Below, piece after piece: positions 19,899 to 31,698 of a stretch of DNA of 64,000 bases. Position 1 is the stretch's first letter. Each line of letters opens with the position of its first letter. The stretch spans positions 108,026-172,025 of the forward strand of contig PHBJ01000009.1 in assembly GCA_002840555.1 (NCBI GenBank). Reading direction: 5' to 3'. This DNA comes from Deltaproteobacteria bacterium HGW-Deltaproteobacteria-13 (GTDB lineage: Bacteria; Desulfobacterota; Syntrophia; Syntrophales; Smithellaceae). A program made the translations under genes and the position numbers. The notes below the pieces were generated by a model. It did no database searches. It was not told the origin of the DNA and saw nothing but the letters and a program-made list of their open reading frames with translations.

Positions 19899-20801
19899 AT
19901 GTCAGATCACTTTACATTGATGATAATTCCTAACCGCAAGAGCGGTGTTAAAAAAATATCGGTTCCTAAAGCTTTTGTTCGTAATTTTCTTATTGCTTCT
20001 GTTGTGGTAATATTTGTAACCCTTTATTTTGTTTATGATTACGCCAGTATTAAAAGAGACCGGGCTGAGTTGGCAAGGCTAAGAGCACAAACGAAAGAAC
20101 AAGCTCAGCAATTCCGGGATTTGGCTGTGAAAATGGACGAATTTTCCGGCCGCATGGAAGAACTCAGGCAGGTAGATAAGAAAATCCGGGTTTTAGCCTA
20201 CGAAACGAGCAAGGATAAAAAATTACCGCTGGGTATTGGCGGTTCTGATAACGAAACTAAAATTAAGGATCTGCTGAATAAAGATCATGAGAAATTGATC
20301 ACCGGAATGCGGAAAGGCATTGAAAAGCTCAATGATGATGCCTCAAGCAGGGAAAAGAGCTTTAACGAGTTATTGGTTTTCTTACATGAGCAAAAATCTA
20401 TTCTTGCTTCCACTCCTTCCCTATGGCCGGTGAAAGGGTGGGTAACATCGGAATTCGGCGCGCGACAATCACCTTTCCGGTCAGGCGTTGAATTTCATAA
20501 AGGATTGGATATATCTACCCGTTTCGGTAAGGAAATCGTTGCACCGGCGGATGGGCTGGTCATTATAAGTGCTTTTGATTCGCAGGACGGTAATTTTATA
20601 AAAATCGACCATGGTCACGGCCTGGCTACCGGGTTTGCGCATTTATCCAGAATGGCTGTCAAGCAGGGCGCGAGAGTGAAGAAGGGTGATATCATCGGTT
20701 ATGTTGGCGATACCGGGCGCAGCACGGGATCGCATCTCCATTATGCTGTTTTTGTCAATAATGTCCCGGTTAATCCCAAAAGATATTTGAAAGATAGTTG
20801 A
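19899..20801 (+). CDS. M23 family metallopeptidase (murein DD-endopeptidase-like)
   Basis: 300-aa ORF with an N-terminal TM, a coiled-coil region, and the LytM motifs HKGLDI and GDTGRSTGSHLHY. Confidence 0.85.
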   Translation: MSDHFTLMIIPNRKSGVKKISVPKAFVRNFLIASVVVIFVTLYFVYDYASIKRDRAELARLRAQTKEQAQQFRDLAVKMDEFSGRMEELRQVDKKIRVLAYETSKDKKLPLGIGGSDNETKIKDLLNKDHEKLITGMRKGIEKLNDDASSREKSFNELLVFLHEQKSILASTPSLWPVKGWVTSEFGARQSPFRSGVEFHKGLDISTRFGKEIVAPADGLVIISAFDSQDGNFIKIDHGHGLATGFAHLSRMAVKQGARVKKGDIIGYVGDTGRSTGSHLHYAVFVNNVPVNPKRYLKDS

Positions 20802-20947
20802 CCCATCCGGGATGGAAACCGCAATATTCGCATGAAGAGCGTAGTGAAGGAGTAAAATTTAAACAATTAATAGTAAGTTTTTTTTATCCTGAATTTTCAA
20901 CGTGGAGCTTGGAGTTTTATTGTCGATAAAATTAAACTATTAAACTT

Positions 20948-20973
20948 GCCGGTTAGTTTGCCGGTTTTTTTTT
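20948..20973 (+). terminator. weak stem followed by a T9 tract
   Basis: gccgg-ttagtttg-ccggt forms a short stem and is followed by ttttttttt, between the M23 gene and secA. The stem is only 4-5 bp. Confidence 0.35.
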
Positions 20974-20985
20974 AAAAGGTAATCA

Positions 20986-23508
20986 ATGTTTGCAAACATA
21001 CTGAAAAAAATTGTTGGAACAAAAAATGATCGGGAATTAAAAAGATTGTCTGTTCTTTTGAATGAAATCAATAATTTTGAGCCGGCGATGATGTCCTTAT
21101 CCGATGAAGAATTACGGGCAAAAACACCGTATTTTAAGGAAAAGCTGAAAAACGGTTTTTCCGTTGATGATATTTTAACAGAAGCTTTTGCCGTCGCACG
21201 GGAAGTTTCACGCCGTACATTGTTAATGAGACCCTTCGACGTTCAGGTAATCGGCGGAATTGTTTTGCATGAAGGCAAGATTGCCGAAATGAAAACAGGC
21301 GAAGGAAAGACACTGGCCGCGACGATGCCGCTCTACCTTAACGCCTTGGAAGAGAAAGGATGCCATGTCGTTACCGTAAACGATTATCTGGCCAGAAGAG
21401 ACTCTCAGTGGATGGGGCCGATTTATAATTTTTTAGGTTTAACGGTTGGCGTTGTTATTCACGGCATGGATGATCCTGAACGCAGAGAGGCATACCATTG
21501 CGACATCACCTACGGAACCAACAATGAGTTTGGTTTTGATTACCTCCGCGACAATATGAAATTTACCCTGGAGGATTACGTTCAGCGCGAGTTTAATTAT
21601 GCGATTGTTGATGAGGTTGACAGCATTTTAATTGATGAAGCCAGAACGCCGTTGATTATTTCCGGTTCATCCGAAGAATCGACGGATAAATACTATAAAA
21701 TAAATCAAATCATACCCCGATTAAAAAAGGATACCGATTACTCGATAGATGAAAAAAGCAAAACGGTTGTTCTGACCGAAGAAGGGGTCGCGCATGTGGA
21801 GACCTATTTAAATGTTCAAAATCTTTACGAACCGCGCAACATAGAAATCGTTCATCATGTCAATCAGGCTCTCCGCGCCCATACCTTGTTTAGAAGGGAT
21901 GTGGATTATCTTGTCAAAGAAGGAGAGGTTATCATCGTTGATGAATTCACGGGAAGGGTAATGCCCGGAAGACGTTACAGTGACGGTCTGCATCAGGCCC
22001 TGGAAGCGAAAGAGAAAGTAAAAATTGAAAAAGAAAATCAAACGCTGGCGTCGATTACATTTCAAAATTATTTCAGAATGTACAAGAAACTGGCCGGTAT
22101 GACGGGAACCGCGGATACGGAAGCGGCTGAATTCAAGAAAATTTATAATCTGGATGTTCTGGTTATTCCGACCAACATGCCGATGATTCGCGACGACCGC
22201 AATGATTTAATCTATAAAACGGAAAAGGAAAAATTCAACGCTGTGATCAGAGACGTGAAGACTTTAAATCAGGAGAAACGGCCGGTCTTGATTGGAACTA
22301 TTTCCATCGAGAAGTCGGAGCTCCTGAGTAAATATCTGACTCGCGCCGGCGTGAAGCATCATGTCCTGAATGCGAAAAATCATGAAAGAGAAGCGGAGAT
22401 AGTCGCTCAGGCAGGTCAGCCGGGCATGGTTACCATATCCACCAACATGGCGGGACGTGGAACAGATATTAAATTGGGCGAAGGCGTGGCGGAATTGGGA
22501 GGCCTGCATATCTTAGGCACCGAACGTCATGAAAGCCGCCGCATTGACAATCAGTTAAGGGGACGATCCGGACGGCAGGGCGATAAAGGGTCTTCCCACT
22601 TTTATCTTTCTTTGGAAGATGATCTTTTGCGAATATTCGGCGCGGAAAAAATATCGGGGATCATGGATAAGATAGGCATAGAAGAAGATCAGCCTATTGA
22701 ACATAAATATATTTCCCGCGCCATAGAAAATGCCCAGAAGCGCGTCGAGGGTCAAAACTTTGATATCCGCAAACATCTGCTCGATTACGATGATGTCATG
22801 AACAGGCAGCGCAAGGTTATCTATGAACAGCGTAAAAAAGTGTTGCGTGGAGATAGCTTATGGACAGATGTTGAAGAAATGGTTGAGGAAATAGTTGATG
22901 ATCTTTTATCGGAGTTTGTCAACGAAAAAGAACATAAAGAAGAGTGGAACTTAAAAGGGCTTGATGACGCATTATTAAAACAGTTCAATTTAAAACTTGA
23001 TTTGAATAATGCGGATAAAAACATTCCGGCCCAATTGTCCATTCGCGAGTTCATCATTCAAAATGTTCAGAAACTGCTGCACGATAAAGAAAATGAATTC
23101 GGCAAGGAACTCATGGATTATCTGATCAAGGTGATCATGTTGCAGGCAATAGACACGCAATGGAAAGAACATTTGCTGGCAATGGATCATTTAAGAGAAG
23201 GTATCGGTTTGCGCGGTTATGCCCAGAAAGATCCGGTGCGGGAATATCAGCGTGAAGGTTATGAAATGTTTATGGAAATGATTTTTCGCATCAAGATGGA
23301 CGTGCTGGAAAAATTATGTTTGATCAGAATACAGAGAGAGGAAGAAGTAGAGGAAATACGGCAGAAACAAAAGCAGGATTACATCATGAGCCGTGGAGAA
23401 GATACGCCGGAAGCGAAAACAATCAAGCATGAAGGCGACAAGGTCGGAAGGAATGATCCTTGTCCCTGTGGAAGCGGTAAAAAATATAAAAAGTGTTGCG
23501 GCGCTTAA
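20986..23508 (+). CDS. secA: preprotein translocase ATPase SecA
   Basis: 840-aa ORF with DEAD-motor motifs ([28 protein letters not shown]) and the C-terminal zinc site [13 protein letters not shown]. Confidence 0.97.
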   Translation: MFANILKKIVGTKNDRELKRLSVLLNEINNFEPAMMSLSDEELRAKTPYFKEKLKNGFSVDDILTEAFAVAREVSRRTLLMRPFDVQVIGGIVLHEGKIAEMKTGEGKTLAATMPLYLNALEEKGCHVVTVNDYLARRDSQWMGPIYNFLGLTVGVVIHGMDDPERREAYHCDITYGTNNEFGFDYLRDNMKFTLEDYVQREFNYAIVDEVDSILIDEARTPLIISGSSEESTDKYYKINQIIPRLKKDTDYSIDEKSKTVVLTEEGVAHVETYLNVQNLYEPRNIEIVHHVNQALRAHTLFRRDVDYLVKEGEVIIVDEFTGRVMPGRRYSDGLHQALEAKEKVKIEKENQTLASITFQNYFRMYKKLAGMTGTADTEAAEFKKIYNLDVLVIPTNMPMIRDDRNDLIYKTEKEKFNAVIRDVKTLNQEKRPVLIGTISIEKSELLSKYLTRAGVKHHVLNAKNHEREAEIVAQAGQPGMVTISTNMAGRGTDIKLGEGVAELGGLHILGTERHESRRIDNQLRGRSGRQGDKGSSHFYLSLEDDLLRIFGAEKISGIMDKIGIEEDQPIEHKYISRAIENAQKRVEGQNFDIRKHLLDYDDVMNRQRKVIYEQRKKVLRGDSLWTDVEEMVEEIVDDLLSEFVNEKEHKEEWNLKGLDDALLKQFNLKLDLNNADKNIPAQLSIREFIIQNVQKLLHDKENEFGKELMDYLIKVIMLQAIDTQWKEHLLAMDHLREGIGLRGYAQKDPVREYQREGYEMFMEMIFRIKMDVLEKLCLIRIQREEEVEEIRQKQKQDYIMSRGEDTPEAKTIKHEGDKVGRNDPCPCGSGKKYKKCCGA

Positions 23509-23533
23509 GTTATTTTAAAGAGGAGCAGGGGTG

Positions 23534-24733
23534 ATGGTTAAGAACAAAACAAAATTCAGCGTGCCCGGTTTTCTGGCCAATGGAATTTCCGTCGGCATTA
23601 AGAAAGCTGATCAGAAAGACCTTGGCTTGATTTATTCGACCGTGCCTGCGAAGGTCGCGGCCGTATTTACAAAAAACACCTTTAAAGCGCCGCCGTTGTT
23701 AATCAATGAAGAACGCGTTAAAAGAGGGATAGCTCAGGCGATCATCACCAACAGCGGCTGTGCCAATGCGGCAACGGGAAAAGAAGGCTACAAAGACGCG
23801 TTGATCATTTCAGACGCTCTGTCCAAGCAATTGAATATCAGGGAAGAACTTGTATTGATGGGTTCAACAGGCGTTATTGGAAAGAGGCTTCCCGTAAAAA
23901 AAATAGAGGGCGGCATCGGCAAACTGGTCAAGGGATTAAATGACGCCGGTATCGAAGACGCGGAAACCGCGATGATGACGACGGATAAATATCCGAAGAT
24001 TGCAATACGCAAAGGAGTCGTCGGAGCAAAGGATATCACGATTTGCGGTATAGCCAAAGGCGCCGGGATGATTGAACCCAATATGGCCACCCTGTTGACG
24101 TATGTCATGACCGACGCTTTAATTGATTCCAAAGCCCTGAACACGGTTTTTCATCAGGCGATCAATTCCACCTTTAATTCCATCAGTGTTGACGGCTGCA
24201 TGAGCACTAACGATATGGCCATTATTTTGGCTAATGGTTTAGCCGGCAACAACCCGCTGGAAAAGGTGCAGGCCCGCTTGCAGCATTTTCGTGAAATGCT
24301 GACGGATGTTTTAATGGAACTTTGCCAGGCAGTTGTCAAGGATGGCGAAGGGGCTACAAAATTTATTTCTATCATGGTCAATGGCGCTAAATCAAAATCG
24401 GATGCGCGATGTGCCGCTTATTCCATAGCCAACTCTAATTTAGTAAAAACGGCTTTTTTCGGGGAAGATCCTAATTGGGGCAGAATCATTTCCGCCCTGG
24501 GGGCTTCCGGAATATCCATGGAAAAGGAAAAAGTCGTCCTATCTATAGGGGATGTTTTGGTATTTTCTCAAAATTCGCCGCTCGATTTTAATCCGAATAA
24601 ATTGAAGGAAGTGTTTCAGAAAGATCGAATTGATGTACAGGTTGATCTGGGAGGGGGAGATAAATCGTATTATGTTTATACGTCGGACCTTTCTTATGAT
24701 TATGTAAAAATAAACGCTGAATATTCAACGTGA
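23534..24733 (+). CDS. argJ: bifunctional ornithine acetyltransferase/N-acetylglutamate synthase
   Basis: About 399 aa. The self-cleavage site context ...PNMATLLTYVMTDA... is present. The ORF also opens at a GTG at 23531. Confidence 0.9.
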   Translation: MVKNKTKFSVPGFLANGISVGIKKADQKDLGLIYSTVPAKVAAVFTKNTFKAPPLLINEERVKRGIAQAIITNSGCANAATGKEGYKDALIISDALSKQLNIREELVLMGSTGVIGKRLPVKKIEGGIGKLVKGLNDAGIEDAETAMMTTDKYPKIAIRKGVVGAKDITICGIAKGAGMIEPNMATLLTYVMTDALIDSKALNTVFHQAINSTFNSISVDGCMSTNDMAIILANGLAGNNPLEKVQARLQHFREMLTDVLMELCQAVVKDGEGATKFISIMVNGAKSKSDARCAAYSIANSNLVKTAFFGEDPNWGRIISALGASGISMEKEKVVLSIGDVLVFSQNSPLDFNPNKLKEVFQKDRIDVQVDLGGGDKSYYVYTSDLSYDYVKINAEYST

Positions 24734-24906
24734 ATCATAGATAAAATATATTAAATTACAGTTATTTAAACTTGATTATTTAGTTTGTTTATGTTAATTG
24801 CCGCCAAATAAATTCGCACATCCTCGGATTACCGGTATGTTGCTTGAAATTTAAGTTTACCGTGTAAGTTGAAGAGGGTGGAGGAAAAAACAAAAAGGAG
24901 AAAAAT

Positions 24907-25710
24907 ATGTCAGCAATTTCAATGAAACTTTTACTGGAAGCTGGTGTTCATTTCGGGCATCAGACAAACAAATGGAATCCCAAGATGAAACCGTACATCT
25001 TCGGGGCGAGAAACAATATCTACATTATTGATTTACAGCAAACAGTCGGTCTGTTTCAGGCGGCGTACAACTTTGTGATTGATACCGTCAGCCAGGGCAA
25101 AGAGGTTCTTTTTGTCGGGACAAAAAAGCAGTCACAGGAAGCCATTAAAGAAGAGGCCACGCGTTGCGGCATGCCTTACGTCAATCAGCGCTGGCTCGGC
25201 GGTATGCTGACGAATTTCGTGACCATTAAAAAAAGCATAGACCGTTTGAACACCTTAACGGACATGTTTAATGATGATTCCATCAATGCTTTTCCGAAAA
25301 AAGAAATCACCAAAATGCAAAAAGAAAAGGAAAAGCTGGAAAATGTTTTAGGCGGAATCAGAAACATGAAATCGGCGCCGGCAGCGGTGTTTATTGTTGA
25401 TCCCAGCAGAGAACATATCACGGTTAATGAAGCGAAAAAATTAAAGATTCCCATAGCGGCTATCGTGGATACGAATTGTAATCCGGACAATATTGATTTT
25501 GTTATACCGGGGAATGATGACGCCATCAGAGCCATTAAATTATTCACCTCTAAATTTGCCGAAGCGGTTCTGGAAGGTAAAAAGCGTTTTGAAGAAAAAA
25601 TGTCGGCGGAATCGAATAAAGAGACGGAGCCGGCGGTGGAAGTAAAACCGGTGGAGTCGGATGTTCCGGAAAGTGTGGAAATGGATGATAGCATTGAAAA
25701 GTCGGAATAA
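24907..25710 (+). CDS. rpsB: 30S ribosomal protein S2
   Basis: 267-aa ORF. The N-terminus [22 protein letters not shown] is diagnostic. Confidence 0.97.
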   Translation: MSAISMKLLLEAGVHFGHQTNKWNPKMKPYIFGARNNIYIIDLQQTVGLFQAAYNFVIDTVSQGKEVLFVGTKKQSQEAIKEEATRCGMPYVNQRWLGGMLTNFVTIKKSIDRLNTLTDMFNDDSINAFPKKEITKMQKEKEKLENVLGGIRNMKSAPAAVFIVDPSREHITVNEAKKLKIPIAAIVDTNCNPDNIDFVIPGNDDAIRAIKLFTSKFAEAVLEGKKRFEEKMSAESNKETEPAVEVKPVESDVPESVEMDDSIEKSE

Positions 25711-25784
25711 ATGCATGAAACGCATTTAAATAACTTTCAAGCTGTCTTGGATTTATTATAAAGTATGTAAGGGAGAAAAGAAAA

Positions 25785-26393
25785 ATGGAAATAACTTCAG
25801 CAATGGTTAAAGAACTGAGAACGAAAACCGGCGCGGGCATGATGGATTGCAAAGAAGCGCTTGCCGCCGTGGACGGTGATTTTGAAAAAGCAATTGATTT
25901 CTTAAGAAAGAAAGGACTCTCCGCGGCAACAAAGAGATCATCCAAGGCGGCTAAAGACGGCACGATAGCGTCATACATTCATATGGGCGGTAAAATCGGT
26001 GTCATGGTCGAAATAAATTGTGAAACGGATTTTGTGGCCAAAACAGCGGATTTCCAGACCATGGCGAAAGATATTGCCATGCACATTGCCGCATCCAATC
26101 CATTGTGCGTTCGTCCGGAAGAAATTCCGGAAGTGACCATGGAAAGAGAAAAGGAAATATACCGCAGTCAGTTACGCGAAGAAAAGAAACCGGAAAAGAT
26201 TTGGGATAAAATTATTGAGGGCAAACTCAAAAAGTATTACGAAGATGTCTGCCTGACTGAACAGAAATTTGTTAAGAATCAGGATATCACAGTCGGAACT
26301 TTGATCAGCAATATGATTGCCAAGACAGGAGAAAATATTGTGATCCGCCGTTTTGCCCGCTTCCAGCTTGGCGAGGAAATTAAGCAATCATGA
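25785..26393 (+). CDS. tsf: translation elongation factor Ts (short form)
   Basis: 202-aa ORF. The sequence [24 protein letters not shown] forms the UBA-like N-terminus. Confidence 0.95.
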   Translation: MEITSAMVKELRTKTGAGMMDCKEALAAVDGDFEKAIDFLRKKGLSAATKRSSKAAKDGTIASYIHMGGKIGVMVEINCETDFVAKTADFQTMAKDIAMHIAASNPLCVRPEEIPEVTMEREKEIYRSQLREEKKPEKIWDKIIEGKLKKYYEDVCLTEQKFVKNQDITVGTLISNMIAKTGENIVIRRFARFQLGEEIKQS

Positions 26394-27115
26394 GCGTAAA
26401 GCGGAAAGTTGCTTATAAAAGAATTCTCTTAAAGCTCAGCGGTGAAGCGCTTTTAGGAAAACAGTCTGCCGGCGTTGATCCGAATGTGGCCAATTATATA
26501 GCGGGTGAAATAAAGTCTCTGTCCGAATTTCATATCCAGTTAGGAATTGTCATCGGCGAGGGCAATATTTTTCGCGGCATAGAGGCCAGCGCCAAGGGAA
26601 TGGATCGGACAACCGCCGATTATATGGGAATGCTGGCAACCGTCATCAACAGCCTGGCTCTTCAGAGCGCGCTGGAGGAACGAGGGTTGCCTACCCGGGT
26701 ACAGTCTTCTATTGAGATGAGAGAGATCGCCGAGCCTTTTATTCAGCGAAGAGCCATCCGTCATCTGGAAAAAGGCAGGATCGTTATCTTCGCCGGAGGT
26801 ACGGGAAATCCTTATTTTTCAACAGATACGGCAGCTGCGTTAAGAGCGGTGGAAATGAGAGCCGACGTTATCATGAAAGCAACAAAGGTGGATGGTGTCT
26901 ATAATGCCGATCCCGTAAAAGATAAAACAGCAGTAATGTTTAATAAAATAAGTTATATTGATGTGTTAACAAAAAACCTTAAAGTAATGGATGCGACCGC
27001 GATATCGCTTTGTCGTGATAATTTACTGCCCATTATTATTTTTAATCTACAAAAGAAGGGAAATATTCGCAAAGCAATTTGTGGTCAAAAAATTGGCACT
27101 TACGTAGGAGAATGA
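26390..27115 (+). CDS. pyrH: UMP kinase
   Basis: 241-aa ORF with [13 protein letters not shown] and [17 protein letters not shown] motifs. Confidence 0.95.
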   Translation: MSVKRKVAYKRILLKLSGEALLGKQSAGVDPNVANYIAGEIKSLSEFHIQLGIVIGEGNIFRGIEASAKGMDRTTADYMGMLATVINSLALQSALEERGLPTRVQSSIEMREIAEPFIQRRAIRHLEKGRIVIFAGGTGNPYFSTDTAAALRAVEMRADVIMKATKVDGVYNADPVKDKTAVMFNKISYIDVLTKNLKVMDATAISLCRDNLLPIIIFNLQKKGNIRKAICGQKIGTYVGE

Positions 27116-27116
27116 T

Positions 27117-27674
27117 ATGAAAGAAGCTGTTTTTCAGAAGTTTAAAGAAGATATGGAAAAAACGATTGGCAGTTTAAGCAAGTCTTTCAGCCGGGTAAGA
27201 ACAGGCAGAGCGTCAATTTCATTATTGGACGGAATCAAAGTTGATTATTACGATGTTCCTACCCCCATTGCTCAGGTGGCTAACATTTCCGTTCCCGAAG
27301 GCCGTCAAATTCTTATTGTTCCCTGGGATGCTTCAATAATAGGCGCCATTGAAAAGGCGATCCAGAAATCGGATTTAGGATTAACGCCATCCAACGACGG
27401 AAAAGCCGTGCGTCTTTCCATTCCGCAATTAACGGAAGAGCGTCGTAAAGAAATTGCCAAGACGGTAAAGAAGATGGCCGAAGAGGGAAAAGTCAAGCTG
27501 CGTAACGCGCGCAGGGACGCTAACGAAGAATTAAAAGCTCTCAAGAAGAACAATAAAATTTCCGAAGATGAACTTTTTACCGCGCAGGAAGAAGTTCAAA
27601 AACTGCTCGATTCGCATATTGAAAAAACAGATAAAATACTGGCGGTAAAAGAAAAAGAAATAATGGAAGTTTAA
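27117..27674 (+). CDS. frr: ribosome recycling factor
   Basis: 185-aa ORF with the [19 protein letters not shown] motif. Confidence 0.95.
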   Translation: MKEAVFQKFKEDMEKTIGSLSKSFSRVRTGRASISLLDGIKVDYYDVPTPIAQVANISVPEGRQILIVPWDASIIGAIEKAIQKSDLGLTPSNDGKAVRLSIPQLTEERRKEIAKTVKKMAEEGKVKLRNARRDANEELKALKKNNKISEDELFTAQEEVQKLLDSHIEKTDKILAVKEKEIMEV

Positions 27675-27700
27675 TCCGGACTTTACATAAATTCAAAAAT

Positions 27701-27733
27701 GGGGAGTCAAAGAACTCCCCATTTGTTTTTTTT
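27701..27733 (+). terminator. rho-independent terminator after frr
   Basis: Perfect 7-bp stem ggggagt/actcccc with loop caaaga, followed by atttgtttttttt. Confidence 0.75.
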
Positions 27734-27846
27734 GCTCTTTTTTGTAAATAAAATTATTTCATCAGCTGATGAATTTTTGAAGAAGATTGACTGTTGAAAA
27801 AAATGGATTTGTCTATTAGAGTAAAAACAAATCTGGAGCTTGACGA

Positions 27847-28596
27847 GTGATTAAAATCGATTCGAATAAATTACCCCGGCATATCGCCATCATTATGGAT
27901 GGCAATGGCCGTTGGGCTCAGAAACATACCATCGGCAGAATCAGAGGACATAGAAAAGGGGCTCAAGCGGTAAGGACGGTCGTGCGCGCGTGTCGTGAAA
28001 TCGGTGTAAAATATCTTACTTTATTTGCCTTTTCCATAGAAAACTGGGAACGTCCGGAAAAAGAAGTCCAGGCTTTGATGTTATTACTCGAAGAATATTT
28101 AATCAAAGAAATAGATGAATTGCAGGAACAGGGCATCAGACTGACTACCATTGGAGACATAGATCGTTTACATCCGCAGGTCAGGGAAAAGCTTCTGCAG
28201 GTCAAGGAAAGCACATTAAAAAATGATAAGATGATTTTAAATCTGGCTTTAAGTTACGGGGGAAAAGATGAAATCATCCGCGCCGTCAAAAAAATAATTG
28301 AAGAGAATAAAAACGGTAAAATTGATATCAATGAAATTAATAAAGAAACATTCAGCAATTATTTATATACGTGCGGCATTCCTGATCCCGATCTTTTGAT
28401 ACGCACCAGCGGCGAGTATCGCATCAGTAATTTTATGCTCTGGCAGACAGCCTATACGGAACTGTATTTTACGGAGGTTCTTTGGCCGGATTTTACCAGG
28501 GATGATCTCTTCAAGGCAATTGCCAGCTATCAGAAAAGAGAGAGACGTTTCGGCCTGACCAGTGAACAACTGAAAGAAAAAAGTTTTCCAAATTAA
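27847..28596 (+). CDS. uppS: undecaprenyl diphosphate synthase
   Basis: 249-aa ORF with GTG start. Motifs are HIAIIMDGNGRWA and FSIENWERP. Confidence 0.93.
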   Translation: MIKIDSNKLPRHIAIIMDGNGRWAQKHTIGRIRGHRKGAQAVRTVVRACREIGVKYLTLFAFSIENWERPEKEVQALMLLLEEYLIKEIDELQEQGIRLTTIGDIDRLHPQVREKLLQVKESTLKNDKMILNLALSYGGKDEIIRAVKKIIEENKNGKIDINEINKETFSNYLYTCGIPDPDLLIRTSGEYRISNFMLWQTAYTELYFTEVLWPDFTRDDLFKAIASYQKRERRFGLTSEQLKEKSFPN

Positions 28597-28627
28597 ACCA
28601 AAATCCAAGAATTGAAGGTTGGCATTC

Positions 28628-29446
28628 ATGTCGAAAACAAATAATTCAAATATCAAGAGATGGTTAACCGGTTTAATTCTGGCGCCGATATTAGTTGTAA
28701 TTATTTTATTCTGTTCGGAAGCAATTTTTGCCGCGTTGGTGATTATATTTATTCTGGGCGGAGTCTGGGAATATAATCACATGGTTTTCGGGCAGGGTTT
28801 TGCAAAGGAAAAAATTGAAGGGCTGATCCTAGCGGTTATCATTCCTTTGAGTGTCTTATTGGGGAATAGTCAGTATGTACTTGCCATACTGGCTTTTTCA
28901 GTAGGGCTTGTTTTTATCTTATTTGTCTTGTCGATTAAAGAATCAAATTTTGATTTCCTGTCCGTCGCTAAAGTAATCTTCGGCATCATGTATATCCCTT
29001 TTTTAATGTCGTATTTCATAGCATTGCGGATGATGGATAAAGGCGTTCAGTGGATATTTTTTGTTCTGATCCTTGCCTTCATAGGGGATATATTCGCCTT
29101 ATATGTGGGAAAGTATTTCGGCAAACATAAATTAGCCCCCTTTGTCAGCCCCGGTAAAACGGTGGAAGGTCTGGCAGGATTGGTCGCCGGAAGCACAATC
29201 GCCTGTCTGATCTTCAGTTATTATTTTTTCCCGGAAATTCCGCTTTGGCAAATAGCCCTTCTTGCTTTTGTGGGCAGTATTATCGGGCAGCTGGGAGATA
29301 TTTGCGAATCTGCCATTAAAAGAACTTATGGGCTTAAGGACGCAAGTTCAATTCTCCCCGGTCATGGCGGAATCCTTGATCGTCTGGATTGCCTTATTTT
29401 TATCGCTCCGTTTGTTTATTATTACCGGATATTTGTGATCAACTAA
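28628..29446 (+). CDS. cdsA: phosphatidate cytidylyltransferase
   Basis: Polytopic ORF, also open from a TTG at 28619. It has the C-terminal signature SAIKRTYGLKDASSILPGHGGILDRLD. Confidence 0.85.
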   Translation: MSKTNNSNIKRWLTGLILAPILVVIILFCSEAIFAALVIIFILGGVWEYNHMVFGQGFAKEKIEGLILAVIIPLSVLLGNSQYVLAILAFSVGLVFILFVLSIKESNFDFLSVAKVIFGIMYIPFLMSYFIALRMMDKGVQWIFFVLILAFIGDIFALYVGKYFGKHKLAPFVSPGKTVEGLAGLVAGSTIACLIFSYYFFPEIPLWQIALLAFVGSIIGQLGDICESAIKRTYGLKDASSILPGHGGILDRLDCLIFIAPFVYYYRIFVIN

Positions 29447-30607
29447 ATGAAAAAAATATCAATTTTAGGATCGACAGGCTCAATTGGATGCAGCGCCCTG
29501 GATGTTATTGCAAAAAATCCGGAACGTTTTCAGGTCGTGGCTCTCGCCGCCGGAAAAAATATCAGGTTACTCAAAAAGCAAATAGAAAAATTTCAGCCCG
29601 GGCTGGTTGCCGTAGGCAGTAAAGAGAGTGCTCTGAAACTTGGCGAAGCGTTAACCGCCAAGAGTAAGGTTAAAATATTTTACGGCGAAGAAGGCTTAAA
29701 AGAAATTGCTTCCTTTCCGTCCTCTATGGTTATATCCGCCATATCGGGATCCGCCGGATTATTGCCAACGCTTGCGGCAATTGAAGCGGGCAATGATATT
29801 GCGTTGGCCAATAAAGAAACAATGGTGATGGCCGGAGAAATTGTAACCCAACGAGCGGACAAAAAGGGAGTGAAAATTATCCCCGTTGACAGCGAGCACA
29901 GTGCGATATTCCAATGTTTGGAAGGCAATAAGCGGAAAAATCTGCAACGGATAATTTTGACTGCCTCCGGAGGTCCGTTTTTAAATTTCACCGAAAAGCA
30001 GTTGCAAAAAGTAAGTCTCAGTGAAACATTGTGTCATCCCAAATGGAAAATGGGAAAGAAAATAACAATTGATTGCGCTTCCATGATGAATAAAGGGCTG
30101 GAAGTGATCGAGGCGAAATGGTTGTTCCATGTGGATATCAACGCCATAGATGTTTTAATTCATCCGCAAAGCATCGTGCATTCCATGGTTGAGTTTGTAG
30201 ACGGCGCATATCTGGCGCAAATGGGTGTGCCGGATATGAGAATACCTATTGCTTATGCTCTGACTTACCCGGAAAGGATTATGAATGATCTCCCCCCGCT
30301 GAATCTGATTAAAACAGGCTCTCTGGAATTTTATAAACCGGATATCAGGAAATTCCCCTGTCTGGATATTGCTTATAGAGCCGGGATTTGCGGCGGCACC
30401 GCTCCGGTTGTCCTGAATGCCGCCGATGAAGTTGCCGTATCCGCTTTTATGAAAAAGAAAATTCGTTTTATTGATCTGCCGGAGATTATAGAAAAGGTTA
30501 TGACTCTTCACGGCGTAATTGACAATCCGTCGCTGGATGATATTCTTCAAGCCGATTTATGGGCCAGAAGAGAAACTGAAAAAATAATAGAAAGGATGAT
30601 ATCGTGA
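29447..30607 (+). CDS. dxr: 1-deoxy-D-xylulose 5-phosphate reductoisomerase
   Basis: 386-aa ORF with ISILGSTGSIG, LANKE and DSEHSAIFQC motifs. Confidence 0.95.
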   Translation: MKKISILGSTGSIGCSALDVIAKNPERFQVVALAAGKNIRLLKKQIEKFQPGLVAVGSKESALKLGEALTAKSKVKIFYGEEGLKEIASFPSSMVISAISGSAGLLPTLAAIEAGNDIALANKETMVMAGEIVTQRADKKGVKIIPVDSEHSAIFQCLEGNKRKNLQRIILTASGGPFLNFTEKQLQKVSLSETLCHPKWKMGKKITIDCASMMNKGLEVIEAKWLFHVDINAIDVLIHPQSIVHSMVEFVDGAYLAQMGVPDMRIPIAYALTYPERIMNDLPPLNLIKTGSLEFYKPDIRKFPCLDIAYRAGICGGTAPVVLNAADEVAVSAFMKKKIRFIDLPEIIEKVMTLHGVIDNPSLDDILQADLWARRETEKIIERMIS

Positions 30608-31695
30608 TTACTTTAATTTCTTTTATCATATTACTGAGCATTCTCATTTTTGTTCATGAATTTGGTCATTTTCTGGCGGCCCGAATTGCGGGGGTGGGCG
30701 TTCTGAAGTTTTCTCTTGGTTTTGGGCCCAAAATCATCGGCAGGAAAATAGGAGAAACGGAATATGTGCTTTCCTGGATTCCTTTGGGCGGATTTGTCAA
30801 ACTGCTGGGTGAATCAGGCACTGAAGAATTGTCGCCGGAAGATGAGAAAAGATCATTTTTTAAGCAAGCGGTTTGGAAAAGAATGTTGATCGTTTTAGCC
30901 GGTCCTGTTTTTAACTTTTTACTGGCGATATTAATATTTTTTATCGTTCTGATGTACGGTTTGCCGACTTTGACGCCTGATGTCGGTGACGTGCAGAAAG
31001 AATCCGCCGCTTTTGAAGCGGGGATGGTCCAGGGTGATAAAATTCTCTCTATTGACGGGCAGAAAATTATTATTTGGGAAGATATACGAGCGGTCATTGC
31101 CAAGACCAAAGAAAAAAAGGTAGAGGTTATTGTGGAGAGGGCAGGGGAAAAGAAGCCTCTTTCCATCAAACCAAGATTATCCAAAGCAAAGAATATTTTT
31201 GGAGAAGAAGTGCCCTCGTACCTGATGGGAATAGCTCCTTCCGGCAAGACGATGATAGAAAGAAGATATCCATGGGACGCAGCCATTGACTCGGTGTATA
31301 AAACATGGGAAATCAGCAAACTGACGGTTATCTCCGTGGTGAAAATGTTAGAGGGTGTTATTTCACCCAGAACTTTAGGCGGTCCCATCTTTATTGCGCA
31401 GGTTGCCGGCGCTCAAGTAAAAGAAGGTATCGTTCCTTTCATTCTTTTTATGGCCATCCTTTCCATTAATCTGGGCGTCATTAATCTTTTTCCGATCCCT
31501 GTTCTTGACGGCGGACATATTTTCTTTTACCTGATTGAAATTGTAACCCGAAGAGAAATAAACATCAAAGTGAAAGAAATATCCCAACAGATAGGTTTTG
31601 CCGTTTTATTGATGCTGATGCTTTTTGTTATATTTATCGATATTGAAAGATTGAATATTAAATTTATTAATGACATTTTTAAAATATTTAAGTGA
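30604..31695 (+). CDS. rseP: RIP site-2 metalloprotease RseP (M50)
   Basis: 363-aa ORF with HEFGHF zinc motif, a PDZ region and the downstream NLFPIPVLDGGH motif. Confidence 0.9.
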   Translation: MITLISFIILLSILIFVHEFGHFLAARIAGVGVLKFSLGFGPKIIGRKIGETEYVLSWIPLGGFVKLLGESGTEELSPEDEKRSFFKQAVWKRMLIVLAGPVFNFLLAILIFFIVLMYGLPTLTPDVGDVQKESAAFEAGMVQGDKILSIDGQKIIIWEDIRAVIAKTKEKKVEVIVERAGEKKPLSIKPRLSKAKNIFGEEVPSYLMGIAPSGKTMIERRYPWDAAIDSVYKTWEISKLTVISVVKMLEGVISPRTLGGPIFIAQVAGAQVKEGIVPFILFMAILSINLGVINLFPIPVLDGGHIFFYLIEIVTRREINIKVKEISQQIGFAVLLMLMLFVIFIDIERLNIKFINDIFKIFK

Positions 31696-31698
31696 GTT

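Noticed and set aside
25185-25978. Minus-strand ORFs of 169, 61 and 142 aa
   Set aside because: They are antisense to rpsB and tsf and are composition-driven.
30666-31388. 240-aa minus-strand ORF
   Set aside because: It is antisense to rseP (HEFGH and PDZ motifs on the plus strand).
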